This document shows, piece by piece, positions 1 through 12,843 of a stretch of 64,000 nt of DNA. The stretch is taken from NCBI GenBank assembly GCA_010015585.1, contig ML975155.1; one strand, 5' to 3'. Origin of the DNA: Eremomyces bilateralis CBS 781.70. Taxonomy: Eukaryota. Both the position numbers and the translations under genes were made by a program. The notes below the pieces were generated by a model. That model was not told the origin of the DNA. It ran no database searches and saw only the letters and a program-made list of their open reading frames with translations. Positions within the stretch are counted from its first letter, which is position 1. Every line of letters starts with the position of its first letter.

Positions 1-1
1 C

Positions 2-1054
2 GCCGGCAAAATCGAGGCTGGGAACGGCCCGGTTCAAGGGGAGTTTGGCGATGAGGAATGCAAAGGCATCAAGACCGGCATCGAGCTGAAGAACGACACG
101 GCCATCAAGCTGCGTGCTGGAGCACTTACCACGAAGCTCACCGACGTCGGCAAGCCCTTAAGCAAGGAACTGAAGAAAGGATGCATCGCCCTCATCAAGA
201 AGAAGATCAAGCGCGACTTCCCGCTCCTTGGACGCCAGGTTACCAACGGCACCGTATCTGGAAACAGCACCGAGGAAGAGTTCTTCATGTCTCCGGACTT
301 CCTCATCGACCAGACCGCCGTGGGCAACGCATCGGACCCGCTGGAAGAGTACAACTTCCCTTCCCAGGAAATCTCGGCCTACAACCGCACCGACAATCTC
401 GAGTTCATCGGCCTCCTCGATTTCACCCAGGAGTACATGGCCACAGCATGTGGTAACGGCAACATGTACCTCCAGATCGCCCAGAACGAGGCCGTCCTTG
501 ATGCCTCTGGTTGCGGTCCTCTCTTCGCGTGCGACTGGGACAGTGACACCGTCCTCGGCGACGGTTCCGGCCGCATTGCTTACTTCCACTCCGACGTCAT
601 GGAGAAGGTCGGCGTGTCGCGACTCCGGTTCGCCAGCACGGCATACTTTCCCGCCGGCGCTCAGTACGTGTCCTTCGTGCCATACGAAGCGGAGGAGGGC
701 TGGATATATCTTCCGCCCGACGACGCGGGCAACGTCTACGGCACCGCGGTCTGCACGTACAAGGGTCCCGCGCTGCCCGCCAAGCTGTTCGCGATCAATG
801 ACCCGGAGACGGCGATCGAGGTACTCATGAGCCCGGATGTGAAGTATAGCATCACCGGAGGCGACGTGGAGGATTGCTTCTCCCTACCGCTACGCGAGGG
901 AGATGACGAGCCCGATGCCGCGTGGAGTGGAGTGGGTGAGGGTGACGCTTGGGAAGATGATTGGGTGGAGGAGTGGACCGAGGAGGACTTCTTTGATTTG
1001 ATCTCGGGAATGACCGATGAGGAGTTTGATGCGTGGTTGGCGGAAGATTGGTAG
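2..1054 (+). CDS. 3' part of an uncharacterised, probably secreted protein (gene starts left of the window); Cys-containing domain and acidic Trp-rich C-terminal tail
   Basis: Frame open from position 2 (AGKIEAGNG...) to TAG at 1052-1054, strong GC3 codon bias; KR dibasic site (KKIKRDF) and N-glycosylation sequons (NGT, NST, NRT). Confidence 0.7.
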   Translation, partial: AGKIEAGNGPVQGEFGDEECKGIKTGIELKNDTAIKLRAGALTTKLTDVGKPLSKELKKGCIALIKKKIKRDFPLLGRQVTNGTVSGNSTEEEFFMSPDFLIDQTAVGNASDPLEEYNFPSQEISAYNRTDNLEFIGLLDFTQEYMATACGNGNMYLQIAQNEAVLDASGCGPLFACDWDSDTVLGDGSGRIAYFHSDVMEKVGVSRLRFASTAYFPAGAQYVSFVPYEAEEGWIYLPPDDAGNVYGTAVCTYKGPALPAKLFAINDPETAIEVLMSPDVKYSITGGDVEDCFSLPLREGDDEPDAAWSGVGEGDAWEDDWVEEWTEEDFFDLISGMTDEEFDAWLAEDW

Positions 1055-2794
1055 ATGGTGATCCGCACATAAACGAAAAAGGTGGAGTTTGACGATATCA
1101 AGATTATAATTCATGTTAATAGTTTCCCTTCGAATGCTTGCATGGCAGAGTCTGAGATGAAAACAACATGTAAATTTACATATGCTATTTGTATACTCTG
1201 AAGACTTAATAGATAGAGCGGCCAGTATAGAAACTTCTTGGCTGTGTTTGAACTATAAATGCCACCATATCGGCCATTCACAGTACGAGTCGACCCCAAT
1301 ACGGCTCGTGAAGATGTGAGATAAATAGCGGTTTCGTTCAATCAGGTGATTAATGCAGCGACACGGTGGAAAAACACCGTTAGATTCCAAAAGAGCGTAG
1401 ATAGATTGAACTTGATCCTGAAGAGCCGGATCCTACGAAAACAGGCTGTTCCTTTATATGGTTTACAATGGTGATCTTTTCCCTAAAAAGGGAAAGAATA
1501 GGGGTATAGAATCGAATGCGGAATGAAGCCGTGGGAAAACGCCAAGAAACACGATATTCTGTGACAGAAGGACTCAAATCGACTGGAACAGCTCGCGAGG
1601 GCCACATATGATGCGAATTTGGCGGTCAGGATTGACATGTTTCAGTTCTCTCAACCATATCCGGGAAGGATCGACGATCGTACACGATCGATTAGACATT
1701 TTAACGAGATAAATGCATTACTGCAGCCGTCTAGGGGGAGAGCTTGGAGTCGATGAAGTTGAGAACTTGAGATAGGAGACGGGGAGCTTAGTCAACACTG
1801 AAATCACATGACTGCTGAATCAGCTTTACACCTCAGGCAATAATGTTTGCAATTCCGACGGACTGCAGTGGCCACGCATGCTGTCGAGTGTCGACATCTG
1901 ATGGACCGGAGGTTGTGAACGGCAAGCAAACAACTCCACTGGAAAGCTCCCTATCTGTGATTTACCAGTCAACATCATTCAAAAAGCCTGCAGCACTGGT
2001 TCAAGTTTGGGACCTGAACCTTTGAGCTCCTTGATATTAGCGCATCCATCGCCACGACCCGATATTAAGCTTCGTTGTCAAGGAATCAGGCAGCATGGCG
2101 AACGGGTAACTCTGCCATCCATTCATACTGGGGATACTATTAACGTGTATTCTTCTCTAGTTGGAGCCTTCTCGTCGGCATTCTCGTCGTGATTGCCTTC
2201 TGTGTGGCTTCTTATTTTCTAGCTCCGAAGGGCGAGGATCAATTGTACGCACCATCTCCTTTACGTTCCGGACTTCTCCTCGGACATCGCACACGTTTGA
2301 GACGACTCTTTCTAGGAGACACGATGATTAGTGATGCGATACGGAAGGCTCACGATAATCTATAGGGTTTGGCGATCAAGTCTGATGATATCAGCAACAG
2401 CATGTTATCTCATGTGGGGTATGTGTGAATCTCGCAAAGGGCAATGTCCGTGAGGAGCCGTACTGACATGCGAGGGATTATAGCAATCACATTCTTGGCA
2501 CAGTGGCATCCTCTCATTGTACCGCAACGAAACGACCTAAGACCGGAATACCTGCAGGACAAGATGCTGTAAAGAAGGAGAGGCGTGGAGGATACGAAGA
2601 CATAGCGCAGACGGCGAATGCTGTATAATTTATGTTGGAGTCTTCCAGTAGACGAGTGCTTTTGGGAAGTGGAAGTATGGCGTTTGATGGATCACTTTTA
2701 GGGAGTACATCTGAGCGAATATCAATCATTGCCTGACTAAATATCAAACTGAGGGTATCATATCATTATATTGTTGCTCACCATCACGCCGTAT

Positions 2795-3836
2795 TTACGC
2801 CCCGAAATCCTTCCAAAACGCAATCAGCCCCTCCCACCCTAGATCCCCCGTCGCTTTCTCCCCCAACCCTACTGCACTCAAGACCACCCACGACACGGCG
2901 GCCCGGCACGCCGCGCCGATGGCCACCAGCATCCCCGCTCGCACGTACCCACAATCCATCAAGATCTCCAGCGCCGCGACATTGTTCACGATGACCGCCC
3001 AGCTGACCGCGCTCGCGCTGCTCGGGAGATCGTAGTCCCAGATGATCAGCAAGATCGGGAAGAGCTTCGTGCAGCTGCTGACGAATAGCGCCGTGCTGAT
3101 GCGGTTGGTGTAGGGAAAGTGGGGGAAGAGGTGCGTGGAAGGCGATGGGGCTGGCGATGGCGACGACGGAGAGGAGACGGGGGCCGGAGTGGGGACGGGA
3201 CGAGGTGGTCGGTAGGAGCAGAGAGAGCGGATGGGTAAATGGAAGGCGAGGGTGCAGAGGGTGCATAGGAGGAGGAAGAAAAGGTATTGGACGACGAGCG
3301 GCTGGGTGGAGAGGACGGAGGTGGCGGGCAAGCTGGACTTTTCAATTCGGGCCCAGGTGAGGTAGACGTCGAAGAGCAAGAGGAGGATGGAGAGGCGGGA
3401 GATGGAGGGCTGTAGATCGAAGAAATGTGAGCGACGGACGGGGACCGGGACATAACCACAGGGGGACGTACATCAAGCCTGTCATCTTCTCGTCCAAGGC
3501 GGTTGAATAGTAGATGTCGATAGACCTAGGCTCAATTCTTAGCGACGTTCCAATGTCCCGCAGTAACTAGATTCGGAGCTGCACACACCTGAGGCTTGAT
3601 CAACACCATATCAATGAACAGAACTACAAAGTCATGCTCCACGTATTTGTCCGCGAACCGCTTGCACCGTGGACATTGCGTCAATCGAACGCCTTTGCCT
3701 AGCGATCGATCGTCGGCTTTGCTGTAGCTCGTGTACAGCTGCGCGGGATTTAGCGACGTCCAGTTGCACCGCGACACGGCAGGTATGGATAGGGTACCTG
3801 ATTAATGGGGTATCGGCATTCAATACATATCGGCAT
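2795..3836 (-). CDS. ARV1: Arv1 ER sterol/GPI homeostasis protein, 4 exons (3836-3798, 3738-3589, 3525-3472, 3409-2795), ~285 aa
   Basis: Spliced N-terminus MPICIECRYP...LTQCPRCKRFADKYVEHDFVVLFIDMVLIKPQVYRHLLFN is the Arv1 homology domain (CxxC...CxxC zinc motif); then LLLLFDVYLTW and TM segments; all introns GT-AG and frame-consistent. Confidence 0.95.
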
Positions 3837-4829
3837 CTTGGATCATTGGATGTGCGCAATGAGCAGTGTCAGAATATTCCCCGCATCGCTGGAGTGGTTC
3901 ATGAACGGTCTCTTATCATCGCCGGTTCGTTCAAAGAGCTGAATCCTGTACCATTGATGCTACCATAATTGCGTGGGCTAAGCATGCGAGACTCGTCCCC
4001 AAACATGCCCATACGGAACTAAAACGTGGAGAGATGGCCTAAGTTAGCAGGGAGACCTAATATTAGTTAGTCCTGTTTACTTAAAAGAACGCTCACGAAT
4101 AAATCGGTGGATGTATCCATATTGCGATGGTCCGAGCTTTTTTGTATCATCTGGCGTAGTTCTGGAGTATTAACTATACTTAGTTAGCAGTTAACTAACT
4201 AGGACTTAAACCATCTATGTTTACCGCCATGTCTAGAAGCTGGAAAGGTCATGAATTCATCTCATTAAGCTACACAGAACTTCGGCTCAATCAGGACCCG
4301 GGGGCTGATGAATGGGCACAGGATAGAGAAGAAAGGACCAGTAGAAACGGCTCATGAGAAGCAATGATATACGGTATATTACACAGGGAATATGTGAGAT
4401 ATATCGGCCGTCCTGAACGAGATGCTCCCCCCAAATTTGTATGCTGATGTGGAGTCCTCCTAGATCTTTCAATATCAATCTGCGAACATTTCAATCCACA
4501 TCCGGACATCCCTATGTCATACTCATGTCTCATAAAGCACCAAAAAACCCGGCGCAATGTATACTGTGAATACGCTCCGTGCGCGTTTGCCGTGACTGCA
4601 CTAAAATCACCCTGCGGCCTATCACCAACGCAATCGCTCACGTCAAAGTGGACACCGCGAACCCCAACGCCTTTGGATCTGCCCGCCGTCGACGCCTGGA
4701 TCGAGACCTCACTGTAAAAAAAGCCAAGTTAGGTCCTGCGCCTTTCTCAAATGAAGAAAGAGAACATTATCTTGCAATGTGCGAAGGAGGAGACGAGCAC
4801 AAATCCACCAGGGACGCAAACGTCGAACC

Positions 4830-6221
4830 TCAATGGTTCGACCGCACTAGGGCCATCCTACCTCGGGAATCCTTCTCCACGCGGAGCACCTCCCGGTCAC
4901 GCGGGTCGTGATGGTGGTGGTGGTGATGATGATGATCGTAATCGTAGTCTCGATCGCGGACCCGCTCAGCGATGATGAGGTCTTTCTCGGTGTCGCGCTC
5001 CCGTTGCAGGGCCCGACGTTCCGACTCGAGGGCGCGGATTTCCTCGCGGATCTCGCGGTCAGATTTGGGGCGGGGAGGTTCACGGATGACGAGGGCGCCG
5101 TCGTGGTGATGGTGGTCATGGAGATGATGGTCGTGGTGATGGTCTTCCTCGACGAATTTCCGCGTAATTACCTCCTCCATGCCGGGGTGGGGTGGGATGC
5201 TATGGACGTGGCCATGATCGACTGGTGGCGCAGGCACAGCAACTGGAGGTGGCGGCAGCGCCTGAGGGGGAGAACGATTTTCCGCCCCTTTCTCGTACTT
5301 GTAAGTCGTGGTCGTTTTCTCTGGAAATTTTGGTCAGCCCCCGCGCCCGACGGATGAAGCTGGCAGCCTTACTGTTTCCATTGCTTGTTTTGATCGTTTC
5401 ACTGATCTTGATGGCCTCATCAATGTGCTCTTTTGCCAACGCTCGTCGGACAATGAAAAAATCTGTCTATACAACCTGTCAGTCTGGGGACCTTCTGGAA
5501 AATCGGCCACACATACCTCTTCCTCATATGGAAGGCCCATTTGGACTATGGCTTCTTTGCGAACAAGACGTTTGGGCATCCGGGTCTTGCCTCGCTTCCC
5601 AATGAGTACTACCGGAGGTGACGACCCTTCGCTGGAGCTGGACGATCCAATTGAGCTGACTGAAGGAGCACGGCTCTTTCGTCGCTTGCTCTTGGACCGG
5701 TGGATGGAGACATCTCGGTACCGCTCATCTCTAGGGCCGACTATGATTTCCTCGCGATGCTCGCGGTATCGCTGGCGCGGAGGTGTGGGGGTGTCATGTT
5801 TACGGTAGGGTAGCGGCAGATCCACATATCTGGGAGGTCGATACGGATCTTCATAGCGAGGCAGAGGCCTCCGATCGAATGTGTCGAGCGACGACTGACG
5901 ACGGAGGTACGTTGGCCGACGCGGACGCGCGAGCTCATCATCACGTACCGCCACCGACTTGCGACGGGTGTACGGCTGGAGTGCCTGGCTAGTGGTGTCT
6001 GGCCGGTCGGTGAAATCGGGTCGCCTCGCATAGCGATCGTCCTCGGAGTATCGGTCGGGCTCTGCAAATGAGACGCCGCGATCTCGTTCAAATCCGCGAT
6101 CATACTCTTCATGGTGGTGCCGGTCGTCACGACCTCCCAAACGCTCGAACCGGTCACGATCCCATCGTTCCGGCCGACGTGGTTCGTCGTAGTGATCTAA
6201 GGGTCCGGATGCGCGATACAT
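4830..6221 (-). CDS. Conserved fungal Arg/Asp/Glu-rich protein, 3 exons (6221-5517, 5466-5373, 5320-4830), with poly-His tracts
   Basis: Splicing joins three ORF-track fragments in frame; contains RPTYLRRQSSLDTFDRRP, KRGKTRMPKRLVRKEAI...LPYEEE...ALAKEHIDEAIKIS and C-terminal RVEKDSRGRMALVR motifs that I recognise from a conserved Pezizomycotina family of unknown function. Confidence 0.8.
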
Positions 6222-8716
6222 TGTGCTCTTCGACAGAGCCCCCAGCGTCTGGTATTGTCGAAAGAGACGAAGTCAAGATAGCTGTGATAGCGAAATGAAA
6301 TGACGAAATCTTCAATTGGACTAAGGGTGGGTGGTGGTTCGAGCCTACGGGAACAAGGAACGGAAGATTGGTACACGTTGGAAGGAAATCACAAGACTTT
6401 GTACGCCACAATGATGTTCAACCGGGAGCAACGACGTCAAGGATGAAACGGCAGGAGAAGAACGGAGAGATATATATAAGAGATCCGGAGAATATAAGAT
6501 AATTCAGGGATCGTTGGAAATCGAAATTGAACCCAAGGGGGAGGCGGGCGATGACGACATCGGACATAATAGGCGTCGTTCGCGTCGGCAGGAACGACTG
6601 AAACGCGTGCAATTGGCCTTGTTTTCTGCCAGGCAGGAACGAAATTGACACCTTATCGCCTCAAACGGGGATGTAGATGTGTCAGTCTTGGTTTTGAGAA
6701 GAAAAGCGGCGGAGGCGGTTGCGAAGATACGTTTTCTAACAACACTCAGAACTACCGTACTACTGTGTCCTCCATCTGTGTCCTTCGCACTAAAGTACGG
6801 ACATAGCCCCGGTGACAATGATGCCTGCTATTTCAATAGCCATTTCGCGGCGCCGTCAGTCCGTGTCCGTGTCAAGGATGAGGTGAGTTGAAGTCAGCAT
6901 CTCCTGGCAGGAGAATCATCAATCAAAATTGGCCAATCCGTCTTATTCAGTTACTATTGCCTCTTCTATTGAACTGGTAATCCCTAGTGGATTTGTGACT
7001 TTGTCCTAGAGGTCATGGTAGTCCTGGCCGTCGACAGAGGCCTGGACTGGTCATCCCTGTACCATACACCCAAATTCCATCTCTATTTGCCAGGCCAGGA
7101 TTGAGAGCGTCAACGGAGAAAGTTGTGACTTGTGAGTGACATCTTGCCAGATAATGTAATGGAATTCCGAGTGGCTAGCATGGGCGTGTTGAGCATTCTG
7201 TTTCATGCCGCCCTGCTCCATTCCTTCCAAAATCTCATTTCATTTGTTAGCTTATCGAATTCTTTCATCAATCAAAATTGGAGTCTTCCTGAAATTTGAA
7301 TCGATCTATTCTTTGGAGTTTAGATGAAGTGTTGCAAGCAGGACGAGGTGTGATCACACAACAAGAAAGTCTCAGCACAGCTGTAGACCGACGAAGGAAC
7401 CATCGCAATCATCCTTCCGACCTGAATGCCAATGGCTTGGTTCTTATTCTTTTCCTTTACAAGGCGCTCATTCGATCATGTTCGGGGTGCATATGCTTTC
7501 AGCTCATTCTTGGCGAAAATTTTCCTGTCATACCGTGGAGTTATGGACCGGATTTCCAACAAGTTATACTTACGACATTCAGCTTACCTGGATTTGAGAT
7601 GCTACTTCCCTTGTCTACCATTCCAAAATTTGTGTCTGTAACTTTCTAGAACCGCCGAGCACGACGTTGTACGTCGTGACCATTGGTCCAATGATAGAGC
7701 GTGGACTTTTTTTGGACGTGGGTACGTTGTACCGTGGGTATAATTCTCCTAGTCTACTTCCGTATCCAGAAATTCCCCGCAAAGTTCACCAAAAGCGCTG
7801 GACCCTGGTCTCCATTTCATGGCGAAACTTGGCTCCAGATATTACGTTCCGTTGTTCCATGGAGACAAACCACAGACACACGACTGTAATGGATGAGCAC
7901 CTGAAGGGGTCACTGATCTCCTCCTTCACATCGTCTGGTATACACTACGTGGGAAACCATTCACCAGTCGCTAAGATAAACGCAGCTGAGAACATTGGGT
8001 ATCGAACCATCGAGACCCTCAGGAGAGACGCTACGGTTGTCGGCCGTTCTTCCTCCCAGACAAGGTAAAGTTTCGTCCAATTTGTCATTTCGACTTCGCC
8101 TTTCCAGAACGCTGGACGGACCGTTTTACAGTTGTGCCAGTTCATGTGGCCGATACTAATATATTCAAGTAACTGATCTATTTTCCTTGGCCCCGATGGA
8201 TCTGTATAAGTATGGCTATTAAAGTCTGCAGGTTCAGATGATAAAAACAATGATGAGTAGTGTGGCTCGCAGCAATGGTACCAAGGATACCGAGCTACCC
8301 AACGGCCCCTGAGATGTTTGGAACGGACTTGATACCCTTCCAGATACCCAGTGATGATACTGGGCTCACCATCAAGGTGTTGATGTTAGGAGAGTGGTAC
8401 GCATACCTTATTCTCTCCCTAGCGTGCTTCTCACCTGAATCTTTTATACCCACGGCTTCGAAATTCCTGGATAGGGTTTATGCACCCACGGATTCTGTCG
8501 TGGACCATTTTCATCTATGCGAGAAAGAAGGGGTCGTTCAACCGATCCAAGGGTCATTCGTCCTGTGCGTGCGAGGAGCTCCAGCTGCATTTAAAACCAG
8601 AGTCTCTCCCTTTGAAATACTTCTTCTGTAAAATCTTCCAGCACTTCCAGTATTACAGGTCTTCTACTCGTTCTTGGTATCCTGCGACTTGTCAAGGTCC
8701 ATATTTTATATTCAAC

Positions 8717-9430
8717 ATGAAGATCACTCTTGCTCTCGCCGCTTTCCTTGTCGGCCAGTCTGCCGCTGGACTGAGCCGTCGAGGCGATTCGGACTCCTAT
8801 GACGACTCTGTCGCCCCTGACTCAACTTCCCCTGATTCCGCCGGGACCACGATTGTCACCCCGGAGCAGGTCATTCAGATCGCCGATGGTCAGGTCCAAG
8901 TTATTCCAGGAACCACCGAGATCATCCATCCAACCCACACCTCCGAGGCACCGCATTACCCCACCCAATCGTGCGCGAAGCAGACTTCTTGTGGGTGCAA
9001 GCCGCATACCCATTGCTACTGCAAGCCGCAACTTGAGCCTCCTCGCTGCAGCGTTGTGACCACTCAGTCTCCCGTCCACTACTATGGCCACTCCACCGAG
9101 ACGTTGACCCACTCGAGCACCAATATCTGGACCGAGACCGAGTTCGTCACTCGCTACGAGACCATCCATAACCCGACGACCATCCCCATCCTCTCCACCC
9201 TGACAATTGTCGAGACGTCGTTCAGCATCGACGACCCCATCGAGACGCAGACGGAGATCGACCCCATCGTCGTCACCAGCACCGAGGTGCAAACCTCCCT
9301 GGAAACCTCCGTCCACCAGGTCACTGAAACGTCCTATGAGACGTACAAGGCTACCTTGTGCCCGTGCCCCACGTACACTGCTCACTATGGTCACCACGGC
9401 CATGGCCATGGCTATAACCACTGGTCGTAA
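8717..9430 (+). CDS. Secreted Thr-rich cell-wall protein with one PIR repeat (QIADGQVQ), 237 aa
   Basis: Signal peptide MKITLALAAFLVGQSAA, dibasic RR after it, QIADGQVQ at 8876-8899, Cys cluster, Thr/Glu-rich stalk, His/Gly-rich C-terminus. The ORF-track start at 8480 is upstream of the likely real ATG. Confidence 0.85.
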   Translation: MKITLALAAFLVGQSAAGLSRRGDSDSYDDSVAPDSTSPDSAGTTIVTPEQVIQIADGQVQVIPGTTEIIHPTHTSEAPHYPTQSCAKQTSCGCKPHTHCYCKPQLEPPRCSVVTTQSPVHYYGHSTETLTHSSTNIWTETEFVTRYETIHNPTTIPILSTLTIVETSFSIDDPIETQTEIDPIVVTSTEVQTSLETSVHQVTETSYETYKATLCPCPTYTAHYGHHGHGHGYNHWS

Positions 9431-9931
9431 GCGTGCCTAGCGTGAAAAGATGCAGTTGCTAGACTGCAAGATCGCATGGAACCGTGGAGAATGAAAGCTA
9501 GTGAGATCGAAGTTGTCGAGTCTCCCGTGGAGTGAGGATGGTTTGACTGGAGTTCAGGTCTGAATTTGCCTACTTAGATAGGTATAAAAATAATACAGGG
9601 TTCTTGAGATAATTCTAGCTTCGCACCTAAGTGAACATCCCGTCACAGGTCTGCCTGATCGTGTCACACCGTCTCAATAACCGATGCCCGGCCCGCAGTA
9701 CGTAGTTCCTACCACTGTCGCCCGTACCGTAGTGATAAATCTACCCATTGTTGCCTTGATGGACATGCGCCTTGTAGATGAGTATAACATTGACTGATTG
9801 AGTTCGATCTCAGAGTGTCTGGTACTGTAACTGAATTGAGCCTATCTAAGACCCTCGACCTCTCCTAAGACGAGGGATCATACTGTACACTGCTGGTATG
9901 CATGATGATGTGAGATACAAGTGTAGAGTGC

Positions 9932-10620
9932 TCAAACCCCCGCCCTTATTTCCGTAATCCTCTGAAACCGCCCGACCACTACTCTCTCATACACATAAAC
10001 AGTGAACCGAACCATATACCCCCAGCATCTCACCCAACACGCAGGATGGCAGTTGACGTCCTTTTCTTGCTGGTTGGAGAGCCTACGTACTTTCGGAGTC
10101 CGGAGAGGAACTGCGTCGTTCGCGTCACTGCCAGTCTCAACGTATGGTTCCTTGTAACTCTGAGGTCGTTTGGAGTGTCGAGTATATTCCTTAGGTCCAC
10201 CTTCCCAGACTTCTAGGAGAGTGGAGCGCGGTGCCGGCCGTTTAGATGGAACGATTGTTAAGTCGCCATCATCCGATACGGCGCTGTCGCTGTCGGTTTC
10301 TTCCATTCTGGGCCTTAGTCGGGTCTGAAATCCTGGTGCTGCGTGGTCAGTTGCAGCACAGATTTAGGAGTGTTGAAGTTGCCCGGGTAAGGTGGAATCA
10401 TATGGAAACTCTTTTCCGTTTGCATCTTCTGTGAGATATAGCCCCTTGACTGTAGTTGTTCAGTGAGTTTCCATACATACGTTACACATCCCTAAAGATA
10501 CTTACGCTGAACATGATCCTGCTTATCCAGTGCCAGTTCATCGTCTGTGAGCCGCCGAAAGATGTTCCTGTAGGCAGAAACGGTAGCCCGGTCTCTACTA
10601 AACAAACCCCTCCAAGCATT
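9932..10620 (-). other. Possible fragments of a lineage-specific multi-exon gene or relic
   Basis: 124-aa charged ORF (9932-10306) plus upstream segments bounded by GTAAGT/GTATGT donors and CTGAC..CAG acceptors; I could not build a clean model. Confidence 0.25.
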
Positions 10621-11496
10621 CATGTTGCTTAAGCGACCTCATCACGGCGCTCCTAACTGGCACTGTTCGCCTATCCGGGCACTGAGAACAACCAACCGAA
10701 CCGGAATGTTAAAAAACATAGCAATATATTCATAGACAACACGTAGGAGGGAGGGCTGTTAGGGAAGTACGCGATGGGAGCGCCACTGTCGCGGGATCTG
10801 GTGACTCTCCCAGATTCTTAGTTAGTTGTGAGCTCAACATTCTATCAATGATTTGATCCAGATACGGAGTATCAAGCAGAGAAAAATTCCGTTGGCTGGC
10901 AGCTGAGGTGACGGAGGTGACGTTCAAACATTAATTGAACGAGATACCTGTAATACAGTAATACCGGGCCTTGTACATATTAGGTTTAGCGTTCTAGTCC
11001 AGATGCTCCTGTCGACGCCTCGGTGGAGCGAAATTGTTGGGGAGCCTGTGAGTCGAGTTTTGGGGAGCCGGAAGCTACCCCTTTTATAATGTGGTTGCTG
11101 TAAGAGGCCGTTGAAAGTTCCACGAGTCGAATGCGAGAATAAAATCAGATCATGAGGTTGACGGGTTCCCCGTGGGGAAGCGTAGGAGCATGGATTAATC
11201 AAAACTGTTTTGGCAAGATTAGGGGACTGGCAGCGAATTAATTTGAATATACCTCAATGTACCTCGATGTTTGCCAATCATGGCAATTATACAGGCTCAA
11301 GGGTTGACTGATGGCCCCGTCTCCTCCTGCTCAGGTACCACTCGACCATCGTGGCACTCAGCTGGCATTTCCCCATTCACTTTTCGCTCCTTTGAATTTC
11401 ACTCAATGCTTCTTACAAAGACCCTTCGCACGACTCGAATCTCCCGCTCTCAAATTGGAGCATTTGTGTGGTCTTTCCCTCAGAATCTTTCCAATC

Positions 11497-12843
11497 TCAA
11501 TCAAGCCCGGCTGCCGGCAACGCATTGGAAGCGGATCTGTGGCGTATAGAGCGTGTCGGGCGCGTGATCGGGGTCGGGGTCGAATACTTCGCCGAGGGAG
11601 GTGACCCCTCGAACTCATCATCCTGGGGGGCCTCCGAATGCACATCATCCTCTTCATACGTTCCCGGATCCGTTCGTGGGCGCTTGGGCAAACCTGAGTG
11701 GGCCATGTCTGGGGAATTGTCCCGCTTGCGGGTGGTGGCAGTGGAGGTTTTGGTTTCAGACGTGGGGGATGGGGACGTCCCCATCGGTTCTGTAGCTGGT
11801 AGCAAAGAGTCGACTGCATCTCAATTAGCTTATATGTGTAACAGTGCTTTCAGGAGCTGTATACTGTGTACACACTATTCATAGGGTTCTCGTCAATGCG
11901 AAGACACTCTTCCTCAGTGAGCGTGCGGAACCAAGCCTTATAAGCACACAACATCGCCAGCGGGTCTTTCATATATTGGCTGAACTCGCTAAAGCCATGA
12001 GGAACTCCATGCACACTGCGAATGTGCGTATAAAGACCTTGAACAGTGAAAGGTCGAGTGGTTCCGGTGCTCTGACTTTTGCCACATCTCGGGCAAATTA
12101 GAAGAATCGTTTCTCTCCAGAGCTTGTCGTAATTGCTGCTCCTGGTGTTCATCCAACAGTTGGGTGCAGTGCTCCATCACGCCGCGATAATTTTGTTTCA
12201 GCTTGTCCTTCGGGTGATGGCTCGATTGATGGCTAGCAAGCCCCGGGACGCCTCGGAATGCGTTCACTTCGCCAGTACGTAATTTGTTGGCATTGCATCC
12301 ATGGAAGCAATGCAATTCAAGGTATGTTCCGTCTTCAAGTTGCAGGATGGTCGGCCAAGCCTCGAAGAAAGCCGGGGCATTTCCGCGCTTGGGCGTCATT
12401 TGTATCTTGGGACGTTGGTTTTCGAGGATTTTTTCGGATGTCACTGGAGTTTCAGTTCCCCTGTGGTGGCGGCGGGTGAAGGGCGTTCCTGGTGGCAGAC
12501 TCGAGGTCCCAGATGGAGTCATACCTAGGCCCCTGTTAGACAACACTCAATTGTCATTGGCAGGTGGCGGCAATGACGCTGGGGTATATAACAGACCAGT
12601 GGTGCCTGTCGAAGATTGAGGTTGACTGGGCTAGATTAGCGCAGCATTAGCTTGTATATCCCTAGCTATTAACATGAAGTCACAAACTTCCAGGCGTAGG
12701 ATCACATTGTCTTGGACCCTAAGGCTCGACTCAATCACATCATATCGCCCTTTGGTGACCACAAGCTCCTGCAGGAGTTCATCTCTGCAGGCCTTCTCGC
12801 GAGCAAGCCTTTGTTCTGGGGTGATTCGAGGCGGATCAGTCAT
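11497..12843 (-). pseudogene. 4-exon gene (12843-12688, 12630-12597, 12524-11876, 11813-11497) encoding two atypical C2H2-like zinc fingers, with an apparent frameshift near 12105-12150
   Basis: Three frame-consistent GT-AG introns; finger 1 CFHGC...HQSSH and finger 2 CPRC...HIRSVH lie in different frames of exon 3 with no credible intron between them. Confidence 0.55.

Noticed and set aside
1675..1692. Short palindrome CGATCGT-AC-ACGATCG
   Set aside because: 7-bp arms are expected by chance in 64 kb.
1380..2300. Faint resemblance to a serine hydrolase (FSH1-like) relic: YDA...FSQ and RVTLPSIHTGD on the plus strand
   Set aside because: Motifs too degenerate and scattered over frames to support without a search.
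4290..4911. Short Cys-containing plus-strand ORFs overlapping the 3' end of the 4830-6221 gene
   Set aside because: No coherent domain or splice model.
7296..8631. Cluster of 60-130 aa ORFs on both strands
   Set aside because: No codon bias or recognisable motif; may be an old relic but unsupported.
8480..8716. N-terminal 79 aa of the 316-aa ORF
   Set aside because: The signal peptide begins at ATG 8717 in good context; upstream is likely promoter/UTR.
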